This document shows, in pieces, positions 13,059 through 27,656 of a stretch of DNA of 64,000 bases. Within the stretch, counting starts at the first letter, position 1, and every line of letters starts with the position of its first letter. The notes beneath the pieces are model-generated. The model was not told the DNA's origin, made no database searches, and saw only the letters and a program-made list of their open reading frames with translations. Both the position numbers and the translations under genes were made by a program. Location of the stretch: NCBI GenBank assembly GCA_047495785.1, contig JBLDXI010000032.1, positions 2,480,001 to 2,544,000 of the forward strand, in the 5' to 3' direction. Origin of the DNA: Lepidodermella squamata. Lineage: Eukaryota; Animalia; Gastrotricha.

Positions 13059-15959
13059 GATGTAAACTCTACGAACAAAACAATTTTAAATGACGATTGG
13101 CGCTCTTAAAAAATAATAAAGCTTTAACCGCAAAATTACTGTCACAACTTTTAACTATTTTGAACACTTCTTCAAATAACTTCCTTCACTACTGAGAAAT
13201 CTCTTCAACAATCCAACAACCGCTCATCTCAAAAAGCACATTTAAAAGCAAAATAATCTGCGAAAGGAAATTTTGCTCAAAGGAATACATTCAGGTTTGA
13301 AAACAGGGGTTTACCATTTCCTAGGCAAAATGTAGTAAGCGTAATTTTACGAAAACTGAGTTCAATCTAGGCCAAATCAAGGGGTGTTGACATGTTTCCT
13401 TGTTGGCAAACCTCATTAAGTTATGTACTCTTAAAACTTAAATCACAAGACAAGGTCAGCCTTTAGTCTTGTGCCCCAACTAAACATATTCAAGAGCTAA
13501 TTCTGCATATTGGTAAATGGTAGATGTCGACACCACCAAAGCAAAATTCAGCATATGAAACTCCAGCGTCATTTGACCTTGAAGTGAAAGTTGTCCAATC
13601 AGGACCAGCTTCGTGCCATTCAATCAGTCCGGTTTAGGCCATTATTTTACATTTATCCTACAGAGCCTACATTCCACATTTCAAGCCACTGAAAATTTTC
13701 CGAGTTGGACACATTTTATTGCAATCAGAAATTTAGAAATTTAGGAATAGACTCCGTGAATGCGTCACTCGTCACCCGTAACCAGGTGAACGATGGCAAT
13801 TCTACACTGAGAAGGAGATTAGAAAGATGAAGAAAGGAAGAGGAACAAAAGCTTCATGTGTTTGTCAGCCATTACAGGGGATAGTGGATAGTGAATTTGT
13901 ATATTACTTTTCAATGAAGTCCTACAAAATGAACAATGAACGAGGTCCAAATTGCGGGTTGAAACAATTCTACGCGAGAAATCACATAATCAAGCAAGGA
14001 GAAGAGTTGAACATATCAAAAATAGAGTAGAATGCACTGTTTGAATCGCATTCAGCCTCCAGGTGTCAGGTGTGCGTCATCATCCTTCGGCCAACTCATC
14101 ATCAAACTCTTCGATCGAAACCACAAAAAAACCTGTATCAAATTTTTCGAGTTTTATTGAGTTTCACTTAATTAAATTTTAAGTTGAAAATATATGTACA
14201 CGCTGTATTATAAACAATTTTTTATAAAACATGATTTTCTTGGCAACACGCGCGTCCTTCGAATCCGGCGCATCTGTGATTGAAACCCAAGAAGGAGGAA
14301 AGAGCATTGAACTTGACTTTGTCAGAAATCATCGGATTTTTTATGCTGAAAACCAAAGTGAAACCTATTGGAACAACTGCCCACTGCCAGTGATATCGTT
14401 TTGTTAAGAATGGATCTAACTCTCGGCGGTATCAGGCCGCCAATCTGATATTTGAAAAAAAACGATCGAAAGCAATTCTGGCTGGCGATAATGATGCAGA
14501 AAGTATACATAGTATAGGGGATTTTAACGATGATTCATCTCGTGAGATGATCGAAAAAGGGACTGCAATTCTTCTGTATGGTTGCATGATTTATGATGAA
14601 TAGTTGTAGCTCTACACCAACTGTTTTCTGAAGAAAGACAACATCATCAGAGGAGCAAGCCGGTCATGATCAAAATGATTAATTGTGACGTGCTCGCAGC
14701 ATTTCTATGGGAGAAAGAATTAATGAACCGTTGTATCAGAGATATGACTCAAGTCGGCCTCGTAACAGCGATTGGTACTAAATAATAATGATCAGTACCA
14801 TCCAGGCCGTTATTAAATGTGGCTAACAAAAATTTCTTATGGAAAATGAAACCAATATTCATAGCGCCGATCCCTAATTTAACCTTGATTGTTCGCAATT
14901 AATGCATACCGAATTTGAAATATCTTCTATAACTTGACCGCATGAGTGAGGTCTCGATGTATTCTTGCGCTCATTATTCGAAATTTTCATGCGCATAGCA
15001 GAGAAATTCAGGTTCTTTTCGACTCAATCTCGCACCATAACCGTTCCAGAAACCAAAATCTGGCGTAATCTGGCATAATCAAGAAAAAACTAGTGCTTAC
15101 CGATCTCTCGCATTCCGCATCCTTTCGTCCATTAAAAAAAATAATGTGTTATCATCAGCTGAGTCAGATAATGCTGAATGAGGAGAAAGGAATGACGAGC
15201 CTGAGCGCATTATTGAGAACCTCAATCGTGTTCAATTAAGTATCGGAACGAGGACGATTACATTTTCCATCCGCCAGTTTTTTATTTAAAAATTAACGCT
15301 CAACAAAGCATGAACAAAATTCTGATGCGTATACGCAGCTTCCAGAATCCCTATCGTGTTGACTCGTGGCTTACATCTTTTCGGTTTCGTTTTACGATTC
15401 AGCTGGAATAAAGGAAAATAATGGCATATGCCGAGTGAGGCAAAGTGCGACCAATATTGATAATATTCAATAATCAATAATCAATATTCAATATACCAAT
15501 ATTCTATCATGAGGATTAATCAAAAATTGGGTCTGGCCGGCACTTCCGCCAATAAATTTTGCTGAACTGATTAACGCATCATCTCATAGCACCACTCGGC
15601 AGTCGAAATTGATATTTTGATTACTTGTATGAATGGAGTCTTTGGTTCAAAATTTCGAGCAACATCTGTGTAAACATTACAACAAAGGTTATGGCAGCCA
15701 CGCGTTTTAACCATAGAGCTTTCTACGGTCTTTACACATGCTGGACAAATTTCATCTCAATTCAACTTAGCTGCTTCAAATTAGAAAAATGCAATTGTAG
15801 CGCTCGCCTCAGAGTTGGATCGGCGTATCGCAAGCTCTCCCATCAAAACTCTTGTCACACTACCTACTTTTAAGATATAATTTCTCCTGATAACTGACAT
15901 GTAAAGATAACATAAGTTGTTGGTTTATTTCTGGTCGTTTTTAATTGCAGGAATTATTT

Positions 15960-18900
15960 ATGCCGCAACCTTCCGAGATTTCGCGTATACTTGTAAACTT
16001 AATTTAATTTGGAAACACCAGCAAAATCTTTTTTAGATCCGGGATTCGGGAAGCGACACATCATCGCCCTATGGCTCTTTACTGGCTTTATCAATGTTTA
16101 CATTCTGCGAGTTTCGATCAACGTCGCCATAGTTGCCATGGTCAACAGTACGGCAGTCCACCCGAATTTGTTCTCAAATACCTCTAGTGGGCCGTTGAAT
16201 GATACATGCCCAATTACGGCAAATGATTCTGCAAAAACTACTATAGAGGTTGTTATAGCGAGGAGTGCCCCCAAGCGGAAAAAACATTTATCATTTTAGG
16301 GTGATTTTGATTGGGATCATGAAACCCAAGGAATCATTCTAAGCTCGTTCTACTATGGCTACATCTGCACGCAAATCATTGGAGGCTACTTGGCGAGGAT
16401 AATCGGCGTGAGGTTGCTGTACGGCATCGGTGTAGGAGGAACGGCTTTCCTCACGATCTTCAACCCAATCGCAGCAAGAACCAACGTTAACGCCCTTATT
16501 GCTCTTCGTGTTGTCGAAGGCCTGTTAGAGGGTGTCACCTTTCCATGCAGCCATTTGCTGACAAGCACTTGGGCGCCCAAAAACGAACGAACAATGCTAG
16601 TAACCATTCCGCTGTCAGGTTAGAAACTGAAAAATTGGAATTCACAATAAATTTCCGTCGGAAATGAAATATAGGATCTTTTATTGGAACGGTCGTAGCT
16701 GCACCTGTGACAGGATGGCTATGCGAATATGGCTTTGACGGCGGTTGGGCTTCTTCCTTTTATATATTTGGCGGGCTCGGTGTGCTGTGGTGCTTCGGCT
16801 GGTTTTATTTTGTCTACAACTCACCGGCTGAACATCCCAGTATCAGTCGCGAGGAACGTGTTTACATTGAGGCGAACTGCCAGTCTCACGCTCACCTCAG
16901 CACCTCTCTGAGCGCTGTTCCTTGGAAATCCATTTTCTTGAGTACGAAAGTATGGGCCATAATTGTGGGTGAGTTTTCCTGTTCTTTTTCACTGTTTTAT
17001 TTCGCACTTCTTCATAATTGGCTAAGTTTAAATTGAAATTAATTAGGGAATTCTAAATTGTTCTGTAAATGGCTTCTGTGTAATGGGAGGACATTGAAAT
17101 TAAATTGCAATAGACACAAGCCGCAGAAATATCGCGATTAGTCATATTCATTCGCGCATTGTAGTCTTGCCATTTCCAATGAGCTTTCAAGCTTCCTAGC
17201 TTCATCGGATGGAACATTTCGAAGCTAGTGCTGTAAGTCACGTGGAGTGGTAATCGTCGCCGAGAGCCACCTTCGCATTCTTGACCAGCCCAATCGACAA
17301 TTTGCAGGTCATCACCGGCCACCGTCATCAACGCCGAGTAAAAAGCGATTTCCACAAAAATCTTGTGCCTTGGAACCAAGCATGGGTAGACTTTTTGCAA
17401 TTATATTTAAGCAAAAGCTTACTTGCTAAGTAAAGACAGAAGTGGCGCGATAGAGTCGAAATATTTGCGGTTGACATACACCATGTCAGCATTAGCTCCA
17501 AGAAACCTCCGTTCACCACCGGTGACTCGCGTTAAATTTCGCTTGATATCATCCCAATACTGATTGGTACCATTCGCTAAGACTTTTAGGTGATCGTGAA
17601 AAGCTACCATTTCTTGCTTATTAGGTCTAGGCCATCGCCAGCTGTAATTTGTGGAACAATTTTGGAATGAATCGTTGACTCTGCAGTAATATTTTATCTA
17701 AAAAATAATGCTTGAAAATATAACAAAAATAATCTCGATTTGAAAACCTGATCAACGGTGAACGAGAACCCGTCATTGCCAGTCAAAGTCCAAGGCCTGT
17801 CGAGTGATTTTCCTTTGCGCTTCCACTGCCAATAATTTATAACCAAGTCGTCCGACATCAATAGGATTCCCGTATAATTATTTGCCGGGAATTTGTCCAA
17901 AGCCAGCGGCAAGCATCGATAGAAATTAACATGAGCTTTGCGATTGCGGGAGCCGTAGGGTAAAAAATGAACACTCGATGGAAGGCGAGCATATTGCTTT
18001 GCGAAATCCGACTCGCGTTCACTGGGCCCGCAAAAAATTATTTGTTGAAATAGCCTGGGAAAATCAAAAGGGTAACAAAATATTGTTATAAATAGCCAGC
18101 GTTACTTTTCGTAAATCGCAAATACGTTGGGCGCCGATTGATAACCCACATGGTTGTAGTGAACAATCAGCAGTACTTGACGGTAGTCGAAAAAGTCGCT
18201 CTTCGGCTCTAGCGATGGAAGTAAATGCTGCCTGCTATTATTCGCGAATAAAATGGCTGGGCACTCGGCCTCTTCGAAGAAAGTTCGACAGCTGTTTGTC
18301 TGCGCATTGAGCGAATCCGGAAATTTAAAGTCGACGTCATTGCGAAACGAAGTTCCTATTCTTGAATCCAAGCGTGAGATATTCAATATATTCCTGCCAG
18401 CGAGGTCAAATACAAAAATTGCTAGCAGTGAACAAAATAATAGGGCTGCAAACAGATACTTAGCGAAACTGCTTATATCTGCCTTTTGCATTGCAATTCA
18501 GTTTAAAAAATTCAGTTTTAACCCTTATTTTCAGGAAAAATCAGGAAACAGCACGCGATCAATTTACGTTTAATCAATCAATATTATTGCGAATTATTAG
18601 AAGCATTTGTTTTTCTAATTTTTTCAGCTCATACATGTTGGAACTGGAATTTTTACACGTTACTAACGGAGATGTCGACGTATTTGAAAGATGTCCTACA
18701 CCTCCCGACTGGTCTGAATGGCATCGTGACATCGATACCTTACATCTTCCTATTCGTGCTGCACTTTATCGGGGCTTGGCTAGCTGATGTGCTGCGCAAG
18801 CGTGGATTCAAAACAAAAAATGTTCGCAAAAGCATGCTGGCGATCGGCCTCATTCTTTCGGCCGGTTTTCTGGCGATCATCGGCAATGCTGGATGCAATA

Positions 18901-19334
18901 ACGCTGCCGTGATCACCCTATTGTGCCTTTCAGTCGGCATTTCCGGCTTTGGTCAATCGGGTTACATGGCGAATCACGTCGATATCGCTCCGCAATACGC
19001 AAGCATTTTGCTTGGAGTGACTAATTCTTTCGCGACTCTGCCCGGCATCCTATCGCCTATATTAGCCGGTAGTATAACTAATGATCAATCAACCATTTCC
19101 GCATGGCAAACTGTTTTCTACATCTCAACTGGATTTTCGTTATTTGGCGCCGTCTTTTTTCTCATTTTCGCCGATGGCGAGGTTCAACCTTGGGCAGTTA
19201 TGCCTGAAGATACCAAGAGCTTAGCGTCTGATCATTCTGATGAGCAAATTGTCTTTCAAAATCAGTCTTACGGAAGCGAGGCTCAGCATGATGTTGTTGC
19301 TATTGAAGCGTCCGTCAAAATAAAAAAGCGATGA
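15960..19334 (+). CDS. SLC17/sialin-like MFS anion transporter, paralog 1
   Basis: YILRVSINVAIVAM, SSFYYGYICTQ, EGVTFP, WAPKNER, VPWKSI, NHVDIAPQYA, GEVQPWA; large intron 16969-18627. Confidence 0.93.
17053..18491 (-). CDS. Type II membrane DUF288/STELLO-like putative glycosyltransferase, nested antisense in the SLC17 intron
   Basis: N-terminal TM helix; LLIVHYN, IIFCGP, FYRCL, YTGILLMSDDLVINYW, ADMVYV, FVEIA, FHPMKL; about 4 exons with short introns. Confidence 0.75.
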
Positions 19335-19561
19335 ATTTAGGAAAATTTAGAACACGTGCGCAATCACGAGAGTTTGCTTTACAAGCGATAAGATAACGTT
19401 GCCTTGAAATCATCTACAGCTGAATTTTTCCTGCTTATCTCTTTAGGACAGTAGGTAATTTCGATTATAATTCAACGGGTTTAATGTCATATGAGGACTT
19501 GACCGGCATTTCCATACCTATCTCATACATCACATAAAATAATTGGAGTTTGCCGAAAATA

Positions 19562-21192
19562 ATGGACGACCAACCTCCCAAGCCTCTCGGTTGTAAGTTC
19601 GAAATAGCTCTCAAAATGTAACGCTTATTTGGTTGATTGGTATACAGTCAAGTTTGGAAAGCGGCATATTCTTGCGCTATGGCTTTTCACCGGTTTCATC
19701 AACGTTTATATCTTGCGAGTTTCGATCAACGTCGCCATTGTCTCCATGGTCAATCAAACAGCAATTGGTGATAATTCGAATCACTCATCAATCGCTACAA
19801 ATGGAACGTGCCCAGTTCCGGAAAAGAAAAATAATACTGCTCCTGCTAAGGATGTAAGGGATCTGCTTTTATAGTAATAGCCATGAATTCGAATGAAATC
19901 GTATTTATTAGGGCGAATTTGTGTGGGACCATCAAACTCAGGGGGTCATTCTGAGTTCTTTCTACTACGGCTACATTTGTACCCAATTCCTCGGCGGCTA
20001 TTTGGCTCGAGCGTTTGGGGCCAAACTTCTCTTCGGCCTCGGGGTCGGTGGCACTGCTGCTCTTACACTTTTTAACCCAGTCGCTGCTGGTGTTAGTTCA
20101 AGTTTTCTCATCGCCATTCGTGTAATCATGGGTGTTTTGGAGGGCGTTACTTTCCCAAGCAGTCACTCATTGAATGGCAACTGGGCCCCGAAGAATGAGC
20201 GAACCTTAATGGTCTCATTCCCGTTATCTGGACCTTTCATCGGAACTGTTATCGCTGCTCCATTGACGGCTCTCTTGTGCGAATATGGTTTTGCCGGAGG
20301 TTGGGCTTCGTCATTCTACGTATTCGGTGGCCTTGGTCTATTCTGGTGTGCTGGTTGGTTTTACTTCATCAGCGATACGCCGGCGAAACATTCGACAATC
20401 ACACCTGAGGAGCGTAAATACATAGAGGAGAACTGTCAATCTTCGAGCGCTCCGGTATCTATCACCTCGTTGCCATGGAAATCAATTCTACTGAGCCCTA
20501 GAGTATGGGCTATAGTCGCAGCCCATACTTGTTTCAACTGGAACTTTTACACGTTGTTGACAGAAATGTCAACTTACCTGCACGATGTCCTCCACATAGA
20601 TTCGACCATCAACGGAGTTGTAACGTCAATTCCTTACATTTGTCTGTTTATCTTTCAAATGATTGCGGCTGGGGTTAGCGACTACGCCCGTAAAAAGGGT
20701 ATAATTTCGACGAAAAATGCGCGCAAAATTTGCTACTCAGGCGGCATGCTATTGTCGGCACTTTTTCTCATAATCATCGGGCAGGTTGGCTGCAATACGC
20801 CAGTTGTAGTTCTACTGCTTTGCCTCTCGGTTGGGTGTCTTGGATTCTCCCAATCAGGGTTCATTGTCAACCATGTGGACATCGCACCGCAATATGCGTC
20901 CATCTTAATGGGTTTTACCAATACCTTTGCGACAGTGCCTGGCATTGTTTCGCCTATTTTAGCCGGTGCTATTACAAATGAAGAGTCGACCATTGCGACA
21001 TGGCAAATCGTTTTCTACATTTCAGCCGGTTTTTCAGTTGCTGGTGCGCTTTTATTCGGCCTTTTAGCGGACGGCGAAGTTCAACCTTGGGCGAAAGTCG
21101 AAGCAGATGTGGAACCAATAGTCGCTAAAAAGGACACGGATGGCCAAACACCGCATTACGGCTCAGATTCCATCAACGATATAGGGCACTGA
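19562..21192 (+). CDS. SLC17/sialin-like transporter, paralog 2
   Basis: Same motifs as paralog 1; two short 5' introns followed by one long exon. Confidence 0.93.
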
Positions 21193-21319
21193 GTTGGTGT
21201 TTCGAGCGGCTGATATTATTTCAACTAGAGTTGTAATTTTTTAATGTCAAAATAATTTTTTTTGTTCATGAATAAATTATTTGTCGCTCCCTTCATAGAC
21301 GTGTTTTTTCGGGTTTTAT

Positions 21320-23007
21320 ATGGAAAAATTGCTGTCCGATGGTAGCTCAACGTCAAATTCTACGAAAAAAGCCAGGATGTCAAATAATAGTATGCTTGAA
21401 GCTGAAAATATTCTGCAATATATAACTAAATTTTGTAAAAGATGTACCTCTGTTCGGAAAAAGGTACACCGTGGCAATTTGGCTTTTCGCCGGTTTCCTG
21501 AACATTTACATCCTCAGAGCTTCAATCAATATAGCTATCGTCACCATGGTTAACAACACTGCAATAGAATCTCGAGTGGATTATAGTAGTGGTAGAGAGG
21601 ATTCATGTCGAAATTCCGATTTAAACACTACAGCCTCTACAACAACAAGAGAGGTATGTTATCAGAGGAGCTTTAAATTTGGCGTTTACTTTATGTCTTT
21701 TAGGGTGAATTTACATGGGATCGGCAGACACAGGGCCTTGTTTTAAGTTCATTTTACTACGGATACATCTGTACTCAGCTCATTGCCGGCGTCTTGGTCC
21801 GAATCGTGGGAGCGCGAATTATGCTGGCTTTTGCGGTCGGAGGCGCAGCTTTCTTTTCCCTGTTCAATCCCTTAGCGGCTCGGCAAAGTCCTGGGTTATT
21901 GATAGCGCTTCGGATTTTAGCCGGTCTCTTTGATGGGATGAGCTTTCCATGCAGTAATTACCTCGTGGCTAATTGGGCACCTAAAGCTGAGAGAACGCGG
22001 ATAGCTTCGTTCCCAACAGCGGGTATGCATTTCCCAATCTTTATTTGATTCAAAACTTTCGGACGAATTTGCTTATTCATTCCTATCTAGGTGGCTTATT
22101 AGGAACAATCATCTCTGGACCACTCACAGCTGTTCTATGCGAATATGGGTTAGATGGTGGGTGGCCGACACCTTTTTACGTTTACGGTACTACGGGTTTG
22201 CTTTGGGTTGCCGGCTGGCTATATTTTGTACGCGATTCGCCCGCTCAACACCCAACAATTACAAGCGAGGAACGAGAATACATCGAGCAAAACACTCAGT
22301 CATCTACTACACCAGTTCGATTCGTTGAAATACCTTGGAAATCAATCGCAAGTAGTACGGCAGTTTGGGCGGTGGCGGTTGCTCATACAACATTCAATTG
22401 GACATTCTACACTATCATAACCAGCTTGCCAATGTATCTTCGCGACGTCTTGCGAATTCATTCCAGCATGAACGGTGTAGTCACGTCATTACCATGGATT
22501 ACGTTGTTCATTTGTTTCGTTTCTGCCGGCGTTTTAGCAGACTTTCTGCGAACAAAATTTGCTACGCGGAATGTGCGAAAAGCATTTGTTGCGTTCGGCA
22601 TGGTTTCTGTTTCAAGCTGTTTAGTCTCGGTGATTCATTTAGGTTGTAATACTGTTGGCGTTATTGTCATTCTTTGCCTTGGTTTCGGCCTTTGCGGCTT
22701 CGTCTTGTCTGGTTACATCGTGAATAACGTCGATATCGCACCTCAATACGCTGGAATTCTCATGGGAATCACCAACACTTTTGCTACGATTCCCGGCATA
22801 ATTTCGCCCATTCTAACCGGGTATATAACCAAGGGCCAATCGAATGCCGAATCTTGGCAGATTGTGTTTTATATCTCAGCAGGAATCGCCATGGGCGGAA
22901 TGTTATTTTTCTCAATATTTGCGAAAGGCGAAGTGCAAACGTGGGCGAAAGTTGTGGAGAAGCCTGGTGATTTGAAGATTTCGAAATTGAGAACTATTAG
23001 TGCGTAA
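21320..23007 (+). CDS. SLC17/sialin-like transporter, paralog 3
   Basis: YILRASINIAIV, SSFYYGYICTQ, WAPKAER, NNVDIAPQYA, GEVQTWA. Confidence 0.92.
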
Positions 23008-23741
23008 AAAATAATGAAAATAATAAAACTGCATTGTCAGGTTTTGCCATGGTAAGATCGAAATTTCAGCTTTCAAACAAAACGGATTGGGAGGAGTACC
23101 ATAATTCGATGTGCTGAATCCGAATTTCGAATCTGCAATGAAAACAGGGGATCAAAAATTTGGTGGGGCCGATGACGAATTATCGGTCGATTTCAGAAAT
23201 AATAGAAATGTTACCTGAAAATTTAAAACACGCTCAAAAAAGCCGTCAGTAAACAGAACCATCTCAAATGATGGTAGTAAACCGTAAAGATGATTTTTTA
23301 CTTCGAATCGCCTTAAATTCGGTCAAATAAATCGCACGGTAATTAAAACAAAAAAGCAATAAAATGTCAATAAAATGTCAAAAAGAACAATCAAGGTTAT
23401 AAAAAGGAGCTCACAACTAAATTACGGTAACATCGATCGGAGTAACTTTGAAAAACTAATAATTTGATAGTAAATGGGTCACAACATGCACAATTGGCAA
23501 ATGCGTGGAAGCTACAAATTATAAAAAAAATAATCTGGAAAACTATACCGGATTTTCTTATTGCTGATTATTGATTTGGCATGGGCTTGAAAAACAACAC
23601 TCATCGGTCAGTTAACGTGTAAATGTAAATGGAACGAAGCAAATCATGGTATTTAGCACTGTAAATCATCACCCAAACAATATATCGGTTTTTATGTAAT
23701 GTCTCATTCGATGGTGGTGCGATTGGAAATCTGCGATGTAT

Positions 23742-26700
23742 TTACGACGACGGTAAAACAATCGAAAACTGCACGAATACAGGGAAAGCTGTTGGAACGA
23801 ATCGAACTACACGACTAGTCGTTCCACGAATAAGAAATTTGCCGCGCAACGGCCCCGTTGTCGAACTTCGCAGGCTTCCATCTTGATTCAGATTATATAT
23901 GCTTATCGAGTACATTAGATAGCGCTCGCCGCGAAGAGAAAACACTTCCCGTTCGGCCTTTTCGGCTCCGAAAGAAGGATCTTGAGGGTGGCGCCGTTGA
24001 ATGAAAAAGGATAACGAAGACGGAGATGCGTCGCCTGTAACTTCAGCTCCGTCTGTTCCTTCGATATTAGCTGGTGTTGCCACCAACGTAAAATGAAAAC
24101 CATATAATGCGACAGGTTCAATTATGGGCATCTTTGGCCTCTGTAATGCAATTAAATTACAACTGCGTCATTGAGAATGTCAATAAAAAATACCTCGGTA
24201 AGAATAAAACCTCGCCTTACGCCATGGCGATGAAGGTCGGAAGCCGAACGCATGTCTCCTCCTTCACTAAACTATAATTGAAAAACTTGTTATGGTCAGC
24301 TGGTTTGCGGGAAATCAAACAAACCGATGTGAGCTGCTCAGATAGCAATCGGACAAACTTTGACGTGGGAAGTATGTTCGCTTGTTGAACTTCATAAATT
24401 TCCTCTGGACTTGTGATTCCCTGGAAAATATCGCCGAGTATAACTATTTTTATCAAGGCAAATTCCGGAACACCAACGGCCCGTAATTTGGTCACTACGT
24501 CTTATCATGTAGTTTTGCCCGTAGTAAAGAGGTTTATGGTCTTAGTAATATCCAACGTGTTGCCGGAAGCACTCCCAACCATTGACGCTGCCCACGCTTT
24601 CTTTTTGTAAATCTTTCGAAGCTTTCAAGGAGAAAACTTTCAACAAAATTTGGCTGCAATTCTACTAATAATAGTAATTTTTTATTTCTTTGAGATCCCA
24701 ATACCAAACACCTGCACAAGGGCCCCACATTTCTACATGCATCTCTAAAGGCATCCAATTCATGGGTTTCCTATAATTGAATAGTGGGGAGCTGCGACCG
24801 GTTAAGCTGCTCAGGCTCGCGATATACAAAAAAACGCACCTGATAGCGAACAGAGTCGAAAATACCAATGAACTGATGCCCTTCAGGTCGGTCCAGTAAC
24901 GATGTTTCTCTCGGCAGACTTGAAAAATAAGCTAAAATAGCTCCGGGTGGAGGAAGGTGGTCGATCCGAGGATTCAGTTTAACAAAACACCATGAGATCA
25001 AAGCGCAGAAAAGCGCAAATTCGGATGGAACAAATAGTCTGAAAAACAATTATGAATAAAAATTGGTCTAATTAGCTAAACAGATTTGGCCTACTTGTCA
25101 GATTTTAACAAGGACTCGAGCAGAGCAATATCGATAAATCTCAGATGAGAATCTTGAGACATCTGTAAGTATATTATAGAAGTGAGCGACCCATTAATAT
25201 GATAATAACGTTCACTGACCTTTGTAATAAAATTCATCGCAAGCCAATTGAATGCCGCTGACGCCAAGTTGCTAGCTTTATGTCTAGTTGCGACGGATAA
25301 AAACAAGACGACGTTTGATGTCGATAATGCAGCAATCATGCATCTTTCGCAAAAATCTCGAAGTGCTGGAAAATCCAAGAGCGATGCTATGGCAAGGACT
25401 GAAGATAGCAGCTTGCTCGGACACGTCACGCCACGATCTGCCATATATAGGTTACCCAGAGCGACGGACATGCCTTAGGTATGATATGATAATTTAAAAA
25501 TCGACTCATAATGTCGTCAGTGGATAAATAAAACACGCTATCTCCTGCTGATAATGCATGTCAATCCGCGAAATTGACTTTCAAACAGTTATCAATAACT
25601 TTTTACGATGGCGAACCGATAGCACATTTTATTTTTCCACTGATTTGGTGAGCATCTAACCTTCTTGCGTTAAAATCGGATCGTTTGGCAAGAGGAGTTT
25701 AATCATCAATGGTAGACTCTGACTGCCATTCGGCTGACCGTTGATACTTTTTGCTGCATTCTCGCTATTCATTGAGCCAATCTCTTCCAGCGCAGAGTAT
25801 AATTGACTTTGTAAAATTTTCGCTAGAGTGTTATTACTATAAGTAAGATAACAAGAAGAGCGAAAAGAACTCACAGTGCTGAAATACACTCTGGTGTAAG
25901 TTCCAACTGCACCCGAGCGATTCGACAATGACATCTACGGCACAAGATAATGACTGCTCAGCCTGAGGTCAAATATTTGTATTTTACCTGTAGGAGTTTG
26001 CGGACCGTACATCTGTTGTGCTCTTTGAAGAAAGTAAGCTGCGTGCCTGTCTTGCTTTTTCTTTGTGCCGCTCTTCCTCTTAGGCTCAACATTTCCACCG
26101 AAATCACCACTACTAACGTTACTCGATCCAAAAATTAATTGGTAAGGATGGGAGACGTCGGTTGAATCACGTTGGGCAGGAACTGGAGGCCCGCTGAGAA
26201 AAGATGTTAGCTTTCCCGATTTATCAATTTGGACATCCGGCAAAGATCGCCTGGGCTCATCTCCATCTAATAACTGGATTTTACGATGAATTTTTGAAGA
26301 GCCGTAGATGTTGCGCGGGGAGAATATTGATATATCCGTTCGGGAACGCTCGGAAGGCAATAAATCAACAGCCGGAACCAAAGACCGGAATGCTTGCGCT
26401 GAACCTAAGAGATCAGCGTATAATAGATCGGGAAATTTCCAGCGGTTGACAAGCCCCACTTTGTCACGCCCATGAAAATGAAGTTTTTCAGGATGCACCT
26501 GTAGTTGATAACTTATTAAATGGTGGGTTTCGGCAGGAAATTGTGACAGCTTACCTTGACAGGTTTTTTGCCATCGTATGTAATTCCAAAAAGGGCATGG
26601 GGTGGTGCATTCCTCACCGCGCGACCGTAAAAGTAATATCGCTCGGTTGGAGTTGGCTGTGAAGTCGGTAAATAATTCTGCTGTTTCTTCGCAAACCTGA

Positions 26701-26846
26701 TCTCACTAAGTGACTGCATCGTAAGTAAAATTTCTAAAGAGATCATAGCGTTATTTAAGGATAACAGGACCTTGAAATTTAGTGCAACGTAGAAAATATA
26801 GTAAAAGATTAAAATATCAAGACCTGGCTGGTAGTGAAAGGTGCAT
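23742..26846 (-). CDS. BTBD16: BTB/BACK protein, BTBD16 (germ cell-less related); 5' end tentative
   Basis: VGLVNRWKFP...ADLL, spliced NDPILTQEG|MSVALGNLY, WLAMNF, LLKSDK|LFVPSEF, SLLDRPEG, YQ|GITS are collinear with BTBD16 as recalled. Confidence 0.75.
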
Positions 26847-27656
26847 GAAAATAAGCTGAACTAAGCTTAACCAATATTATATGGCAGTGCTATCACCAAT
26901 AAAACGGTCATGGTGCTCTCAGATAGCTGCAGCAGATAGGAAGTTGACCGTGGCTTGTCCAGCGGAAGTATGCCCATCTGTAAGAGTAGTACATGCTGAC
27001 ATCATGCTGATCTCATCGACCTTGTGGCTGACCCTGCAGATGCTCTCTACAAATCTAGGGTAGCACTCATTTTGCCGCGTCTTAATATTTATCATTCAGG
27101 ATCCATGCTTAGAATGACTCGTAGCACCCTGCCCCGTCTTTTCTCACACAAAAAAACCGCAGATGACCCCACAGGTGCGATATTTGCCGTCATTGCAGAC
27201 GATCAAATTTTTAGTTTGTTGTTCCAACTCTGCTCAAGTATCTGCATATATGGATATGGATGGATGGAAAATGTTAAAGTACTGCCAAAACAGCGCGGTA
27301 AACGTCCCGCAACTCGTTGCTATGACAATATAAATATATTAATATATTGTACTTTAAAAATGACTAAAAGTCTTATTTGCAATAAAAAATAAAAAAGCTG
27401 GTCAATTTTAAATAACATTAAACTTTCATGACAAGGAAGAAAAAATGAGGGGGGAGGTCGTTTTTGAATGAAAGGTTTTCCTCTCTCGGCTGTATCTTGT
27501 TTCCATCACCTTTGCTCAGCTCTTTTTGTCTCTACCGAATTCCTAATTTCTAATTTTTCACGCCTGCACCGTGGTTCCGCAATATCCTCGCCATTTTATG
27601 TCTGAGCCACTGCATTTTTTCGAATTTTAGGTTGAAAATCCTATTCGATATCTGAA

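Noticed and set aside
13100-15950. 2.8 kb gap with short ORFs
   Set aside because: No supportable coding model; likely regulatory sequence or decayed repeats between divergent genes.
24534-24868. Small ORFs inside BTBD16
   Set aside because: They fall largely in an intron (about 24424-24839) and carry no recognisable domain.
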